From Ignavibacteria bacterium (GTDB lineage: Bacteria > Bacteroidota > Ignavibacteria > UBA10030 > UBA6906), in the NCBI GenBank assembly GCA_040290295.1, contig PSMW01000001.1:79298-143297 (forward strand): DNA of 64,000 nt, written 5' to 3'. The translations under genes and the position numbers were made by a program. Within the stretch, counting starts at the first letter, position 1; every line of letters begins with the position of its first letter. Below are positions 15,437 through 25,835 of the stretch, piece after piece. The notes beneath the pieces were generated by a model, which ran no database searches, was not told where the DNA came from, and saw only the letters and a program-made list of their open reading frames with translations.

Positions 15437-15703
15437 ATGGCAATAGATAAAATTGGGTTTGGGCGGCCGCTTGTGCCTTCCTCCGAGAACCCGAAAAACC
15501 GAGAATCACACACCGGGTCGCCTGATGCAAAGGATACGGTGCAGCTTTCCGGCGAAGCGCTGAAGCTCTTTGCTGCGGCGAGAGCGCAACGTCTTGCCGA
15601 AATCCAAGAACGAGTGCGGACAGGGTTCTACGATCGTCCAGAAATAACGGAAAAAGTGGTGGAAGGCTTGCTGCGCGACATCAAGCGCCCACCGACGGCA
15701 TGA
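15437..15703 (+). CDS. flgM: Anti-sigma-28 factor FlgM
   Basis: 88 aa. DTVQLSGEA...RLAEIQERVRTGFYDRPEITEKVVEGLL matches the FlgM C-terminal sigma-28-binding region (D.V.lS...v..ik..I..G.Y.v). Confidence 0.75.
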   Translation: MAIDKIGFGRPLVPSSENPKNRESHTGSPDAKDTVQLSGEALKLFAAARAQRLAEIQERVRTGFYDRPEITEKVVEGLLRDIKRPPTA

Positions 15704-15763
15704 ACCTTCGTTGTCCCCCGACGAACGGCTCATTGACCTACCTCACGCATTCCTGCAATGCGG

Positions 15764-15791
15764 TTGATTTTCCACTCCCTTTCGTTATATT
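15764..15791 (+). promoter_or_regulatory. Sigma-70-type promoter candidate (TTGATT-N16-TATATT)
   Basis: Good -35/-10 hexamers in the 139-bp gap, about 50 nt upstream of the LuxR-type regulator start. Confidence 0.4.
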
Positions 15792-15842
15792 GAACGGTGT
15801 TCGGTCAGCATCTACTCGAAACGCACCTCCGGGGGAGTAACT

Positions 15843-16511
15843 TTGAAACCAGAAAAAAGAATCTCCATCCTCGTTGCCGATGATCATACCATCGTTCGGA
15901 GCGGTATCGTTTCTCTTCTTTCGTTGAACCAAGAATTCGAGGTCGTGGGGCAAGCGGAGAATGGGCGAGAGGCAGTGGACCTCGCGCTGAGCAAACACCC
16001 CGATGTTGTGATCATGGATATCGGCATGCCAATTTTGAACGGGTTGGAAGCGACGCGGCAAATCAAGAAGCAAGCTCCCGATGTGAAGGTGCTCGTCCTC
16101 TCCGGTTACGATAACGATGAATATATCCTCCAAATGATTCAATGCGGTGCGAATGGCTATATCCTCAAGAATAGTTTTCTCGAAGATCTTTACGCCGCGA
16201 TTCGAAGTGTGCATAATGGTCAAGCGTTCTTCAGCCCGGCGGTATCGAAGATCATTATCGATAGCTACGCCACTCGGCCCGATGGACTCGCCGGCAAGAA
16301 ACCCACACGCCTATTAACGCGACGAGAGAGAGAGGTTCTTCAACTCATCGCCGAAGGTCATCTTCACGCCCAAATTGCTGAACGCTTGGGCATCAGCGTC
16401 CGCACCGTCGATACACATCGTCAGAATATCATGAAGAAGTTGGACATCCATGATACCGCAGGATTGGTAACGTATGCGATAAAGCACGGCATCGTCATCT
16501 TGCAACGTTAG
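15843..16511 (+). CDS. NarL/FixJ (LuxR-type HTH) family response regulator
   Basis: REC motifs ILVADDHTIVRSG, VVIMDIGMPILNG and VLVLSGY, plus a C-terminal LTRREREVLQLIAEGHLHAQIAERLGISVRTVDTHRQNIMKKL. TTG start. Confidence 0.9.
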   Translation: MKPEKRISILVADDHTIVRSGIVSLLSLNQEFEVVGQAENGREAVDLALSKHPDVVIMDIGMPILNGLEATRQIKKQAPDVKVLVLSGYDNDEYILQMIQCGANGYILKNSFLEDLYAAIRSVHNGQAFFSPAVSKIIIDSYATRPDGLAGKKPTRLLTRREREVLQLIAEGHLHAQIAERLGISVRTVDTHRQNIMKKLDIHDTAGLVTYAIKHGIVILQR

Positions 16512-16645
16512 TCACACTCGCTGTGCAGCGCTTCCACGCCCGATCTCCGACCTTACTCTCATTTGTTTTTTTACATCGTTGTCAACATCAGCTCAGTTTC
16601 AGTGACGGCACCAGTACGCTATAGAATGTTTGAAGTTACGTTGTT

Positions 16646-16661
16646 TGGCGTATTGTGTGCA
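16646..16661 (+). promoter_or_regulatory. Sigma-54-type -24/-12 promoter candidate (TGGCGT-N5-GTGCA)
   Basis: TGGCGTATTGTGTGCA has correct GG-N10-GC spacing. It lies in an AT-rich 222-bp intergenic region, 73 nt upstream of the kinase ATG. Confidence 0.4.
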
Positions 16662-16733
16662 GATGCAAACTATTGTACATTTGGCTGGTGAGATTAGGAA
16701 GAGACATCATCACGGTACACAGTCAGGGGAGAT

Positions 16734-18398
16734 ATGACTACAGCGACGAGTAGTGCTTCGGTTTCAAGCTCAGAGCAGACTTCGAGCATCATCCGCGTTC
16801 TCGCCGTTGATGACATGCCCGAGAATCTTCAGTTGTTGCGTGAGGTGCTCGCCGGACACGGCTTCGATGTTCTTGCGGCTTCTTCGGGGGAAGAAGCGTT
16901 GCGTCTTCTCGAACAATCACTCATTCATCTGATCGTTGCCGATGCAATGATGCCCTCGATGGATGGATTCCAGCTTTGCCGCGAAGTCAAGCGACGTCCA
17001 TCCTTAGCATCCATCCCTTTTATCATCTACACGGGGCATTATGTGGATGTCGAAGATCAAGAGTTCGCCAAGACCATCGGCGTGGATGCGTACGTGATGA
17101 AATATGACGGGCTTGCAACTCTACTCCAAACCATAGATCAACTCCTCCGGCAACGCTATGGATCTTCGAGCGAACTGACTGCGCGCGAGGAAGCGGGGGT
17201 GCCGCCAGAGGAGGACGAGCTTGCTTTCTTGCAACGTCACCACGCGCTCATCGTCAAAAAGCTCGAGGAGAAGATGCACGAGTTGGAAGTGTATGCCGAA
17301 ACCCTCGCCCGAAAAAACCGCGAACTCCAGGCATCCGAATCGCGCTATCGCAATCTCTTTGAACATGCCAGCATCGGGATTTTCATTCTCGACAAAGCAA
17401 CCGGTGCTCTGTTGGATATGAATGCCGAAGGCCTTTCGCTTCTCGGCTACTCTCGTGACGAAGTGCTTGCGCTTCCGCCACTTTCGTTTGTTGAAGATAA
17501 AGCGACCGCCAATTCCATTTTGCAAAGCGGAGCGTTCTTTTCCAAAGAGACACTGTTTCGTCGCCGTGATGGCGGGCTTGTGGAAGTGGAGCTTGCCGTG
17601 GGTCCATACGAGGAACAGGGCGATAGGAAACTTGTGCTCTATGCGTTGGATATTACCGACCAGAAGAAAATGCGGCGACACTTGCTTCAATCAGAGAAGA
17701 TGGCATTCATGGGCCGGCTTGCCGCGAGTATCGCGCACGATATTCGCAACCCGCTCGCGGCTATAACCCTTAACCTTCAGTATATCGCCAAACGGTTGCC
17801 AGCGGACTTCTCAGAGAAGGCAGCGCTTGATTTCGCAATCGAAGGAGCACAACGGATCAGCAAAATCGTCGAGAACACCCTGAGTCTCGCTCGCATCGCT
17901 CCTCCCATTGTGCGCTTGGAGGATATCAATCCCATCGTGGAAAAGGCAATCCGATTTCTTGATACGCAAATTGCACAAAAGCACATCACGGTTGAAACGG
18001 ATTTTGCCCCTAACCTCCCGAAGGTGAACGTCGAAGCAAAACAGATTGAGCAAGTGGTGTTGAACCTCGTCCAGAATGCGATTGACTGCACCCCGGAAAA
18101 CGGAACGATCAGTGTCTCGACATGTTTGATCGAGGACCTGAAAGCTCCTGCGGGTGCCAACAGCCAGCGGGTAGCGGTCGTGGTGCTCGATCGCGGTCCC
18201 AGCATCCCACCGGAGCAATTGCGCCATCTGTTCGAGCCGTTCCACACGACGAAGGTCGGAGGGACGGGGCTTGGGCTGGCACTCTCGAAACAGATTATGG
18301 ACAAGCATCGCGCAGAAATTCGCATCGAGCCGGCGGTTGGTGGGGGAACCATTGCCCGGCTGATATTCCCAGTTGTTCAACAATCCAGCGGAGACTGA
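16734..18398 (+). CDS. Sensor histidine kinase with N-terminal receiver and PAS domains (REC-PAS-HisKA-HATPase)
   Basis: REC: VLAVDDMPENL, LIVADAMMPSMDG. PAS: SESRYRNLFEHASIGIFILD. H-box: LAASIAHDIRNPL. ATPase: [33 protein letters not shown]. Confidence 0.9.
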   Translation: MTTATSSASVSSSEQTSSIIRVLAVDDMPENLQLLREVLAGHGFDVLAASSGEEALRLLEQSLIHLIVADAMMPSMDGFQLCREVKRRPSLASIPFIIYTGHYVDVEDQEFAKTIGVDAYVMKYDGLATLLQTIDQLLRQRYGSSSELTAREEAGVPPEEDELAFLQRHHALIVKKLEEKMHELEVYAETLARKNRELQASESRYRNLFEHASIGIFILDKATGALLDMNAEGLSLLGYSRDEVLALPPLSFVEDKATANSILQSGAFFSKETLFRRRDGGLVEVELAVGPYEEQGDRKLVLYALDITDQKKMRRHLLQSEKMAFMGRLAASIAHDIRNPLAAITLNLQYIAKRLPADFSEKAALDFAIEGAQRISKIVENTLSLARIAPPIVRLEDINPIVEKAIRFLDTQIAQKHITVETDFAPNLPKVNVEAKQIEQVVLNLVQNAIDCTPENGTISVSTCLIEDLKAPAGANSQRVAVVVLDRGPSIPPEQLRHLFEPFHTTKVGGTGLGLALSKQIMDKHRAEIRIEPAVGGGTIARLIFPVVQQSSGD

Positions 18399-18403
18399 GC
18401 ACT

Positions 18404-19831
18404 ATGTCCAAGGGAAGAATTCTTGTCGTTGATGACGAACGGATCCTTACTGAAAGTCTGCAGAACATTCTCACCTCCTCCGGCTACACCGTGAATACAT
18501 GCCTGAGCGGTGAGGAGTTTTTACCGATGGTACAGACGGTCAATCCCGATCTCGTGCTGTTGGACATCTTCATGGGGGACGTGAACGGCTTGCAACTTTT
18601 GCGCAAGATGAAGGAAGAAGGGGACGATACACCCGTGCTCATGATGACGGCGCACGCCGATGTTGCGCTGGCGGTCGAGGCGATGAAGGAGGGCGCGGTC
18701 GATTTCGTGCTGAAGCCGTTCGACCTGTCTCATCTCAGTGTGCTCATCGAAAAGTCCATGGAGCAATCTCGCCTGAAGCGCAAAGTTGCGTTACTCCAGA
18801 GCGAACTGGAAGAGCAGCGTGCCCGGAGCGGCATCATCGGCAGAAGCGCTTCGTTGCGTCGCACATTGGAAACGGCGGAAAAACTTGCGCAGACGGATAC
18901 CACTGTTCTCTTAGAAGGAGAAAGCGGAACAGGGAAGGAATTGATCGCACGATTCATCTACCAGAGAAGCGCGCGTGCCGACAGGCCGTTCATCACGGTC
19001 AATTGCGGTGCGATTCCCAAAAATCTCGCCGAGAGCGAGTTTTTTGGATACGAAAAAGGAGCATTTACCGGCGCTACGGACAAGATGCGACAGGGGAAAT
19101 TCGAGCTTGCCAACGGCGGGACAATCTTCCTCGACGAAATCGGTGAGCTGTCGCTCGACATGCAGGTGAAATTGCTCCGCGTGCTGGAAGACCATCGGTT
19201 CTATCGTTTAGGCGGAACGCGGGAACTGACGGTGGATGTTCGCGTCATTGCTGCATCGAACAGAGACCTTGCCAAGGAGGTTGAAGCGGGACGTTTTCGC
19301 GAGGACTTGTACTACCGGTTGAACGTCGCGCTCGTGAAGATTGCTCCGCTGCGCGAACGCGAAGAAGACATTGCGGTGATTGCGTACGCGTTCTTACAGG
19401 AGTTCAGTAAGAAATTCAACAAAGATGCGCCGAAGCTTTCCGACGATGCGCTCACGCTCTTACAAAGCCTGCCATGGAAAGGGAACGTGCGTGAATTGCG
19501 CAACGCGATCGAGCGCGTCGTCCTCTTGCATAACGGTCCTCTGCTGACCGCTGAACATTTTTCGTTTCTCTCCCAAGCGCATGAGAAAACACCCAACGGA
19601 CAATCGGCATCGAATACCTATCGTTTAGAGATTCCGCCGACAGGTGTAACGATGGCGCAAGTGGTACGCGATCTCATTCTCAAAACTCTGGCTTTGACCA
19701 ACGGCAATCAGGTGCACGCGGCAAAAATCCTGGGCCTCACTCGCTCGAAGTTGCGCTATCGCATGGACCAGCTTGGGATTCATCCCGAGCAACGAAGCTA
19801 CACGGTGCTCACAGACCGGGCGCTAACGTGA
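18404..19831 (+). CDS. Sigma-54-dependent (NtrC/FleR/FlgR-type) response regulator: REC + AAA+ + Fis-type HTH
   Basis: [28 protein letters not shown], Walker A GESGTGKE, sigma-54 contact loop EKGAFTGA, and a C-terminal [23 protein letters not shown] 18404 lies 6 nt after the kinase stop; the ORF-track start at 18122 is an upstream extension overlapping the kinase. Confidence 0.92.
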   Translation: MSKGRILVVDDERILTESLQNILTSSGYTVNTCLSGEEFLPMVQTVNPDLVLLDIFMGDVNGLQLLRKMKEEGDDTPVLMMTAHADVALAVEAMKEGAVDFVLKPFDLSHLSVLIEKSMEQSRLKRKVALLQSELEEQRARSGIIGRSASLRRTLETAEKLAQTDTTVLLEGESGTGKELIARFIYQRSARADRPFITVNCGAIPKNLAESEFFGYEKGAFTGATDKMRQGKFELANGGTIFLDEIGELSLDMQVKLLRVLEDHRFYRLGGTRELTVDVRVIAASNRDLAKEVEAGRFREDLYYRLNVALVKIAPLREREEDIAVIAYAFLQEFSKKFNKDAPKLSDDALTLLQSLPWKGNVRELRNAIERVVLLHNGPLLTAEHFSFLSQAHEKTPNGQSASNTYRLEIPPTGVTMAQVVRDLILKTLALTNGNQVHAAKILGLTRSKLRYRMDQLGIHPEQRSYTVLTDRALT

Positions 19832-19934
19832 GCGCCGTGTGAGCACGTGCACCGCCGGGATTTTCCGGCCTAAGTGTTGTGGGAGGGAGGGGCGACATGA
19901 AATCATCGATCGACAAACAAGGAGTCCCCACGTC

Positions 19935-20381
19935 ATGATGGCATCGGCAGCATCAGAAAACACCTCCCACCGGGCGCCTCTGACACCTGACCAACGGGCG
20001 AGCAGTACACAGAACAAACTGATTCTCTTAGTTGACGACGAATTTTTGATGCAAGAGTTGGGAAGGGAGTTATTGGAGGAGCAGGGTTATCGTGTCATTG
20101 TTGCGGGCGATGGGCTTGAAGCGCTGGAACTCTTCCAACAACATAAAGACGAAATTGCCTTGGTTATTCTCGACCTTCTCATGCCAAAGCTCGATGGAGG
20201 GCAAACGTATCTTGCGCTGAAAAAACTCAAACCCAATGTCAAAGCCTTCTTTTGCACGGGGTACACGCCGCAAGAGATCATTGGCTCGTTGCTGGAGCAA
20301 GAGTCTCTTCGGGCGTTGCAAAAGCCCTTTCGTCCTTCCGAATTTGTCCAAGTCGTTCGGGAAATGTTGGAGACGAACTGA
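19935..20381 (+). CDS. Stand-alone receiver-domain response regulator (CheY-like)
   Basis: ILLVDDEFLMQEL, LVILDLLMPKLDG, FFCTGY and LQKPF. An AAGGAG RBS sits 10 nt before ATG 19935. Confidence 0.85.
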   Translation: MMASAASENTSHRAPLTPDQRASSTQNKLILLVDDEFLMQELGRELLEEQGYRVIVAGDGLEALELFQQHKDEIALVILDLLMPKLDGGQTYLALKKLKPNVKAFFCTGYTPQEIIGSLLEQESLRALQKPFRPSEFVQVVREMLETN

Positions 20382-20488
20382 ACGCACATCTCGCCGGCGC
20401 ACTCTGCAATTTCTACAAAACGGCACACGGTAGTGAGAAGCAAGTACAGCGGTGCTCGCTCCACGTGCTGAATGGTCGATCCAGCGCT

Positions 20489-20504
20489 TGGCACCGTGCT
20501 TGGG
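20489..20504 (+). promoter_or_regulatory. Variant sigma-54-type -24/-12 element (TGGCAC-N5-TTGG)
   Basis: cTTGGCACCGTGCTTGGg lies in the 233-bp gap before the HEAT-repeat gene. It nearly duplicates the element at 4533 (cTTGGCACCCTGCTTGAc). The -12 C is not conserved. Confidence 0.3.
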
Positions 20505-20614
20505 AGGAATATGCTCGGCATTGCGCTGCAGTGAAGGAACAGTGCGAAGCGTATTCACCAACAACGAACAAGCGTGTGGTAGGACATCAAGCAAGTGAGC
20601 GGGGCAACGGCCCC

Positions 20615-21913
20615 ATGCGAGGAGACGATGGGCACTTTCTCAACGCGCTCATTGATCCGGATGAATCGGTGCGGCGTGCCACCATCGACACGTTTGTGCG
20701 CGTGGGTGGTGAACACGCCGCCGCTGCCGTTGTGCAAGGCATCGCAAGCCCCGACGAAGCCGTGCGTACGGCAGTAGCCGAAGTCTTGATTATGCTCGGT
20801 CCTCCTGCATTTCCCCCGCTCCGACCGTATCTCCAACACACCGATTGTTCCGTGCGAAAGGTTGCGGTAGAAATCTGTGGACTCTTGAACCATCCCGAAT
20901 GCCTTGCATCGCTCGCGCCGTTGCTTCGTGACGAGGACCCGGCTGTTGTCCACTCGACTATCGCTGCCCTTGGCACGGCATGCGGTGAGGCGGCACTTCC
21001 GCATCTCATACGCTTGTATGACGAGGACGAGTATGCCCGTCCATCGATCATCGCCACCGTCGGAAGCATGGAGAGCGAGGCGGCGAGGAACTTTCTGTTC
21101 ACGTGTTTTGCAGAAGCCGTTACGGCGGAAAGTCACGATCCGCTCACACTCTTCGGCATACTGGAAGTCCTCGGTCGCACGGGCGACGAGCACGTTTATG
21201 CGTTTCTCGATTCACAGTTGGAACATACGCCACCTGCTGTTCGCGTCCGCATGCTTGCAGCGATGATGTGGATAGCCGACCGTGCAGGCATACAGATGAC
21301 GTTCTCTCACGCTTCCCAGGATGACGTGATACGCTTGTTGAGCGATAGCGACCTTCGCGTGCGTCTTCATGCTGTGAACGTGTTGGCACCGGATACCGAT
21401 CCTACCGTGACCGAGGCGTTTCTCCACGCCCTCGGTACCTCAGAGTATCTCGACGCTGTATTGGTCAACCTGCTTGAACGGCGGGATGACGCCTTTCCTA
21501 CCGCTATTGCGAATCTCCTTTCCCCGTCGTTCACGAAGAAGAAAGAGCTTATTGTGCTTCTTCGCGCGTTGGTGAAACGAAGCCGCGAGAATACGGAACT
21601 TTTCTACCCACGAGAACTTCTTGTCTCTGCGTTCGATTCCGTTGCGTCGCAATGGGATGTTTCGGGTGAAGGAATTCGTCCCCTAATCCTCGAAACGTTG
21701 TTTACCATCGATGGCGAGCGAGCGTGCAAGCTCTTGCACGAGTGGATGAAGTGTGAAGACTCGCTCATGCGCATGCGCCTGGTGGAGTTAGCGGGTTCTC
21801 TCGATGATGCGCGTGCTACCGAATTTGCTGCGCACTATGTCGAAGATGAAGATGAACTTGTACGATCAGCCGTTCAGTTGGTACTTCAGTCACCGAAGAA
21901 CAGCTCCTCCTGA
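20615..21913 (+). CDS. HEAT-repeat (PBS-lyase HEAT-like) protein
   Basis: Repeated units of the type D.DE.VR..A...L (DPDESVRRATIDTFVRVG, SPDEAVRTAVAEVL, HTDCSVRKVAVEICG, DEDPAVVHSTIAAL, DSDLRVRLHAVNVL, EDEDELVRSAVQLVL). The start is uncertain (ATG 20615 or GTG 20576). Confidence 0.7.
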   Translation: MRGDDGHFLNALIDPDESVRRATIDTFVRVGGEHAAAAVVQGIASPDEAVRTAVAEVLIMLGPPAFPPLRPYLQHTDCSVRKVAVEICGLLNHPECLASLAPLLRDEDPAVVHSTIAALGTACGEAALPHLIRLYDEDEYARPSIIATVGSMESEAARNFLFTCFAEAVTAESHDPLTLFGILEVLGRTGDEHVYAFLDSQLEHTPPAVRVRMLAAMMWIADRAGIQMTFSHASQDDVIRLLSDSDLRVRLHAVNVLAPDTDPTVTEAFLHALGTSEYLDAVLVNLLERRDDAFPTAIANLLSPSFTKKKELIVLLRALVKRSRENTELFYPRELLVSAFDSVASQWDVSGEGIRPLILETLFTIDGERACKLLHEWMKCEDSLMRMRLVELAGSLDDARATEFAAHYVEDEDELVRSAVQLVLQSPKNSSS

Positions 21914-22086
21914 CGAGCACCCCAAGCGCTGTATGTCAATGCGCATCCCTTGAACGCTTCTACCTCCCATCCATCTGTCTAATAATAGCCAGCCCGATCG
22001 AGTCATCAGTTTGCGAGTCAACCGATCGCGCGAGCGAGAAGCACATATTTCTTGAGGTTGACCGATGCTTCTCATGTGCGCTCCCG

Positions 22087-22102
22087 TGGCATATCGTTTG
22101 CG
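22087..22102 (+). promoter_or_regulatory. Sigma-54 -24/-12 promoter (TGGCAT-N5-TTGCG)
   Basis: TGGCATATCGTTTGCG has correct GG-N10-GC spacing. It sits 42 nt upstream of the small Cys-protein start, in a 220-bp intergenic region. Confidence 0.6.
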
Positions 22103-22143
22103 AAAAGCTCAGCACAACACTGCGCTATCGGAGGATGCTGGTT

Positions 22144-22368
22144 ATGACAGGATCGTTCAAACAATGCAGCTACTGCGGCGTGCTGTGGAAGACCAAAGAT
22201 GAATTTCTTGCCGATCGTTCAGTACGGCTTGAAGGCTATCAATGGCAAACGCAGCAGGTGATCGCTGGATTGCCCGCGAACGGTGTGCTCGTGTTCACGC
22301 ATGCAACACCGAGGTGTGGCACGTCCCTGACGATCTCTGCAAAACGCTTTCAACGCAATCCCAAATAA
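22144..22368 (+). CDS. Small cysteine-containing hypothetical protein (74 aa)
   Basis: MTGSFKQCSYCGVLWKTKDEFL...ATPRCGTSL (CxxC plus a distal C). GGAGG lies 9 nt upstream of ATG 22144, directly downstream of the sigma-54 promoter. I recognise no family. Confidence 0.4.
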   Translation: MTGSFKQCSYCGVLWKTKDEFLADRSVRLEGYQWQTQQVIAGLPANGVLVFTHATPRCGTSLTISAKRFQRNPK

Positions 22369-22391
22369 CAGACGACGCCAAAACGACCGGT

Positions 22392-22739
22392 ATGGGCAAA
22401 CTGAATTTAGATCAACTTCAAGCCGGTATGGTACTGGCAGCCGACGTTGTTGATCGTAACCATCGTGTGCTGCTCAAAGCGGGCATCGCACTGACCGAGA
22501 AACATCTTACGGTCCTTCGCCAATGGGGAATCACCGAAGCGGATATTCAGGGAGTCACTCGAGAGGAACTGAACGCGCAAGAAAGTGTGGAACTGGACCA
22601 AGACCTTCTCGCTCACGCTGAGACGTCGTACCGTGAGTTGTTTCGGCATGCCGATATGCAGCACCCCTTCAATCAAGAACTGATGCGCTTGAATGTGCTT
22701 CGCACGGTGCAACGAACGATGAGAGGGCTTGAGTCGTGA
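22392..22739 (+). CDS. Small regulatory-domain protein resembling the N-terminal domain found on HD-GYP proteins (DUF3391-like)
   Basis: MGKLNLDQLQAGMVLAADVVDRNHRVLLKAGIALTEKHLTVLRQWGITEADI follows the L.pGMvLa.dv.d..g..Ll.aG..lt...i..L pattern. GTGA overlap with the downstream HDOD gene. Family assignment is from memory only. Confidence 0.5.
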   Translation: MGKLNLDQLQAGMVLAADVVDRNHRVLLKAGIALTEKHLTVLRQWGITEADIQGVTREELNAQESVELDQDLLAHAETSYRELFRHADMQHPFNQELMRLNVLRTVQRTMRGLES

Positions 22740-23578
22740 TTACCGGACCGAACGATCTGCTGAAAGGTTACGTCGAGGTTGCTTCGCTTCCCACGGTCTT
22801 TGCTCGGATCAACGAAGCAGTGAACAACCCGCGCTCGTCGATGCATGAGATCGGGAGGATCATCAGCGAGGACGCAGGACTCACCGCCCGCTTGCTCATG
22901 TTGGTCAACAGCGCCTTCTTCAGTTTGCCGCAACGCATCGATTCAATCACCCAAGCCATCACGATTGTAGGGACGCAGCAGTTGCGCGACCTTGCACTGG
23001 CAACGTCGGTAATTAAGCTCTTCAAGGGGATTCCATCGGATTTGGTTGACATGGAGCGGTTCTGGAAACATTCTATCGGCGTCGGCATTGCCGCACGGAC
23101 GCTGGCAGCGTATCGTCGTGAACCCAACGTCGAACGTTTCTTTGTTTCTGGTATTCTGCACGACATCGGTCGCTTGGTGATGTATATGAAGATTCCCGAT
23201 CTCTCTCGGACAGCGTTGGTGCGGACAAGGGAGAACAACGAGTTGCTCCACGTTGCCGAAGAGCAGGTAATCGGGTTCGATCATGCTGCCGTGGGCAGAG
23301 CGTTGATGCAGAACTGGCGTTTGTCGGTTTATCAAGAAGAGGTAGTCGCTTTCCATCATCGTCCGGAGTTGGCAGGACGATTTCCGGTGGAGACCGCCAT
23401 CGTGCACACGGCGGACATCCTTGCCCACAGCATGGGCTTGGGAAGCAGTGGTGAGCAATTCGTTCCGCCGCTCGATGCCGCGGCGTGGGAGCGTTTGGAG
23501 TTGCCTGTGAGCGTCTTGGCGCCGACACTCGATCAGATCGACCGCCAATATGCCGAAGCAGTCAAACTGATTCTGTGA
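22736..23578 (+). CDS. HDOD domain protein
   Basis: [62 protein letters not shown]...[12 protein letters not shown]...[11 protein letters not shown] is the standard HDOD layout. Confidence 0.85.
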   Translation: MITGPNDLLKGYVEVASLPTVFARINEAVNNPRSSMHEIGRIISEDAGLTARLLMLVNSAFFSLPQRIDSITQAITIVGTQQLRDLALATSVIKLFKGIPSDLVDMERFWKHSIGVGIAARTLAAYRREPNVERFFVSGILHDIGRLVMYMKIPDLSRTALVRTRENNELLHVAEEQVIGFDHAAVGRALMQNWRLSVYQEEVVAFHHRPELAGRFPVETAIVHTADILAHSMGLGSSGEQFVPPLDAAAWERLELPVSVLAPTLDQIDRQYAEAVKLIL

Positions 23579-23591
23579 AGAGGAATCGGTA

Positions 23592-25835
23592 ATGGAGCCA
23601 GCATCCATGCGAAGACATACCGGTCCTCTTCCCCCTGAAGTCGTCCAGGAGATCGAACGCTTAGAGTCGCGCATCCGATATCTTGAGGAAATTAATCGGA
23701 TGAACCTCGATGCCCTTAACATCGTTGTTGCCATGGGCGACCGCTACACGACCTCGCGTTCGGATTGGGATGCCCACCACATTCTGACAGCGACACGAGA
23801 CTTTGCGTCTCGTCTCGTCAACTTTGAGACGGTAGCGTACTATATGGTGGATGAGGAAACCGGCGAGTTCACGCTCAGAGAGTGCATTCCGGCAGAGCAT
23901 GCAGATTCCGTTCGTGATGAGATTGAATACCAAACCCGTCAAGGGATGTTCGCGTGGGCATTGAACCAACACCGTGCGGTAACGGTGCAAAGTGTGGAGG
24001 AAGGAAGAAGTGTGGTACTACACGTCATTGCTACGCGCGAACGCGTCCATGGAATGTTTGTCGGTTTGCTTAAGGGGAACGGGGGACAGGTTGCCGACGG
24101 TTCGCTCAATCTGCTTTCTATTCTTCTCATCATCACCGCGAGCGCACTGGAGAACGTTGCACTCTACTCGCGCATCAACGAACAGAACCGCCAACTGGAA
24201 GAAACGGTACAGGAACGGACACTCGAGCTGCAGAAAGCGCTGCGCGACCTTCAAGCAGCGAGTGAGGCGAAAAGCCAATTCCTTGCAAACATGAGTCATG
24301 AGATCCGCACGCCGATGAATGGCGTGTTGGGATTGACGGAACTGCTTCTGGATACCCATCTCGACTCTGTCCAGCGCGACTATGTCGAGACCATCCATTC
24401 CAGCAGTGAAGCGTTGCTCACGATCATCAACGACATCCTGGACTTCTCCAAAATCGAAGCGAGGAAATTAACATTGGAACATGTACCGCTCGATGTGCAC
24501 AAGCTGCTCATCGACTGCGTCGGTCTCTTCAAGAAACGAGCAAACGCAAAACGCGTGTCGATCGAAACCATTGTGCAACCGGATGTTCCTCTCTGGGTCA
24601 TTGGCGACCCGACCCGTCTTCGGCAAATCATCACCAACGTTGTCAGCAATGCAGTGAAGTTTACCGACGAGGGAACAATCACCGTCCGCGTCGCATGCGT
24701 TGTTCTGACTGATCGGGAGACCACGCTGAAGTTCTCCGTGACCGACACCGGGATCGGTATTCCCGAAGAGGTGCAGCGAGAACTCTTCCAGCCCTTCACT
24801 CAAGCTGATGGAAGCACAACGCGGAAGTACGGTGGAACAGGACTGGGACTTGCGATCTGCAAGCAGTTGGTGGAATTGATGAGAGGAACCATTGGGGTAG
24901 ACAGTGTGCCGCGGAAGGGCAGCACGTTCTGGTTTACCGCAGTATTTGAACGAGGAACGGGATATGAGGCAGCATCAAACGGACGAACCTCTCGAACAAC
25001 GCGCGAGGACAAACTCCCGGAGGGGATTCGCATTTTGCTGGTGGAGGATAATGCGGTCAATCAAAAGGTTGCGACGAAGATGTTGCAGAAGTTTGGGTGT
25101 GTTCCCGACGTCGCCAGCAACGGAAGAGAAGCGCTCGAAGCGGTTCAGCGTACCCGCTACGATGTTGTGCTGATGGATTGCATGATGCCGGAAATGGATG
25201 GCTTCGCCGCAACGCAAGCGATCCGTGCTGATGAAAATGGTGAACGCCGCGTGCCCATCATCGCGATGACGGCAAGCGTACTGCAGAGCGAGCGCGAGCG
25301 GTGTTTTCAGAGCGGCATGGATGCATACATCACCAAGCCGATCCGAGCGGATGTGTTGTTCGATACCATCATGCAGTGGATTCCCAAGCCGACGCACAAG
25401 TCCGTCCCAACGGCGAATATCGAGCAGGTGCCGGAGATACGCAGCGTGCCGACGGACTCGCTCGATGGTGTACTCGATTCGAAACGTTTGCAGGAGTTGG
25501 ATGAGTTGGGCGATCCATCGTTGGTGGTGGAGTTATTTCAAATGTTTCAGCAGGACGTGCCGCAGCAGCTTGGGGCACTACGCGATGCGATTGCCTCCCA
25601 AGATGCACCCGCCGTGCAGTTGATTGCCCATACCATCAAAGGGGGGAGTCGCAATATCGGCGCGCAGCAACTGGCAGCATATTGTCAGACGCTCGAAACC
25701 TCGGCAAAAGCAGGCAATCTTGCAACAGCCTACGAACTCTTGCAGAGCATTGAGAATGAGATATCGAGAGTGCAACAAGTAATCGAGCAATACCCACATC
25801 AGGCAGCAAAGGATCATGAAAATTCTCACGGCTGA
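23592..25835 (+). CDS. Hybrid sensor histidine kinase (GAF-HisKA-HATPase-REC-Hpt)
   Basis: GAF-like N-terminal region. H-box [18 protein letters not shown]. ATPase [58 protein letters not shown]. Hpt [12 protein letters not shown]. Confidence 0.92.
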   Translation: MEPASMRRHTGPLPPEVVQEIERLESRIRYLEEINRMNLDALNIVVAMGDRYTTSRSDWDAHHILTATRDFASRLVNFETVAYYMVDEETGEFTLRECIPAEHADSVRDEIEYQTRQGMFAWALNQHRAVTVQSVEEGRSVVLHVIATRERVHGMFVGLLKGNGGQVADGSLNLLSILLIITASALENVALYSRINEQNRQLEETVQERTLELQKALRDLQAASEAKSQFLANMSHEIRTPMNGVLGLTELLLDTHLDSVQRDYVETIHSSSEALLTIINDILDFSKIEARKLTLEHVPLDVHKLLIDCVGLFKKRANAKRVSIETIVQPDVPLWVIGDPTRLRQIITNVVSNAVKFTDEGTITVRVACVVLTDRETTLKFSVTDTGIGIPEEVQRELFQPFTQADGSTTRKYGGTGLGLAICKQLVELMRGTIGVDSVPRKGSTFWFTAVFERGTGYEAASNGRTSRTTREDKLPEGIRILLVEDNAVNQKVATKMLQKFGCVPDVASNGREALEAVQRTRYDVVLMDCMMPEMDGFAATQAIRADENGERRVPIIAMTASVLQSERERCFQSGMDAYITKPIRADVLFDTIMQWIPKPTHKSVPTANIEQVPEIRSVPTDSLDGVLDSKRLQELDELGDPSLVVELFQMFQQDVPQQLGALRDAIASQDAPAVQLIAHTIKGGSRNIGAQQLAAYCQTLETSAKAGNLATAYELLQSIENEISRVQQVIEQYPHQAAKDHENSHG

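Noticed and set aside
15705-15728. Possible hairpin after flgM (CCTTCGT...ACGAA(C)GG)
   Set aside because: The stem is only 5-7 bp with a bulge and a 9-nt loop, and there is no U-tract. This is not convincing as an intrinsic terminator.
20511-20534. GGGAGG-led ATG at 20511 in the gap before the HEAT-repeat gene
   Set aside because: It opens a 7-codon ORF (MLGIALQ-stop) out of frame with the HEAT gene. It could at most be a tiny leader peptide, and nothing supports that.
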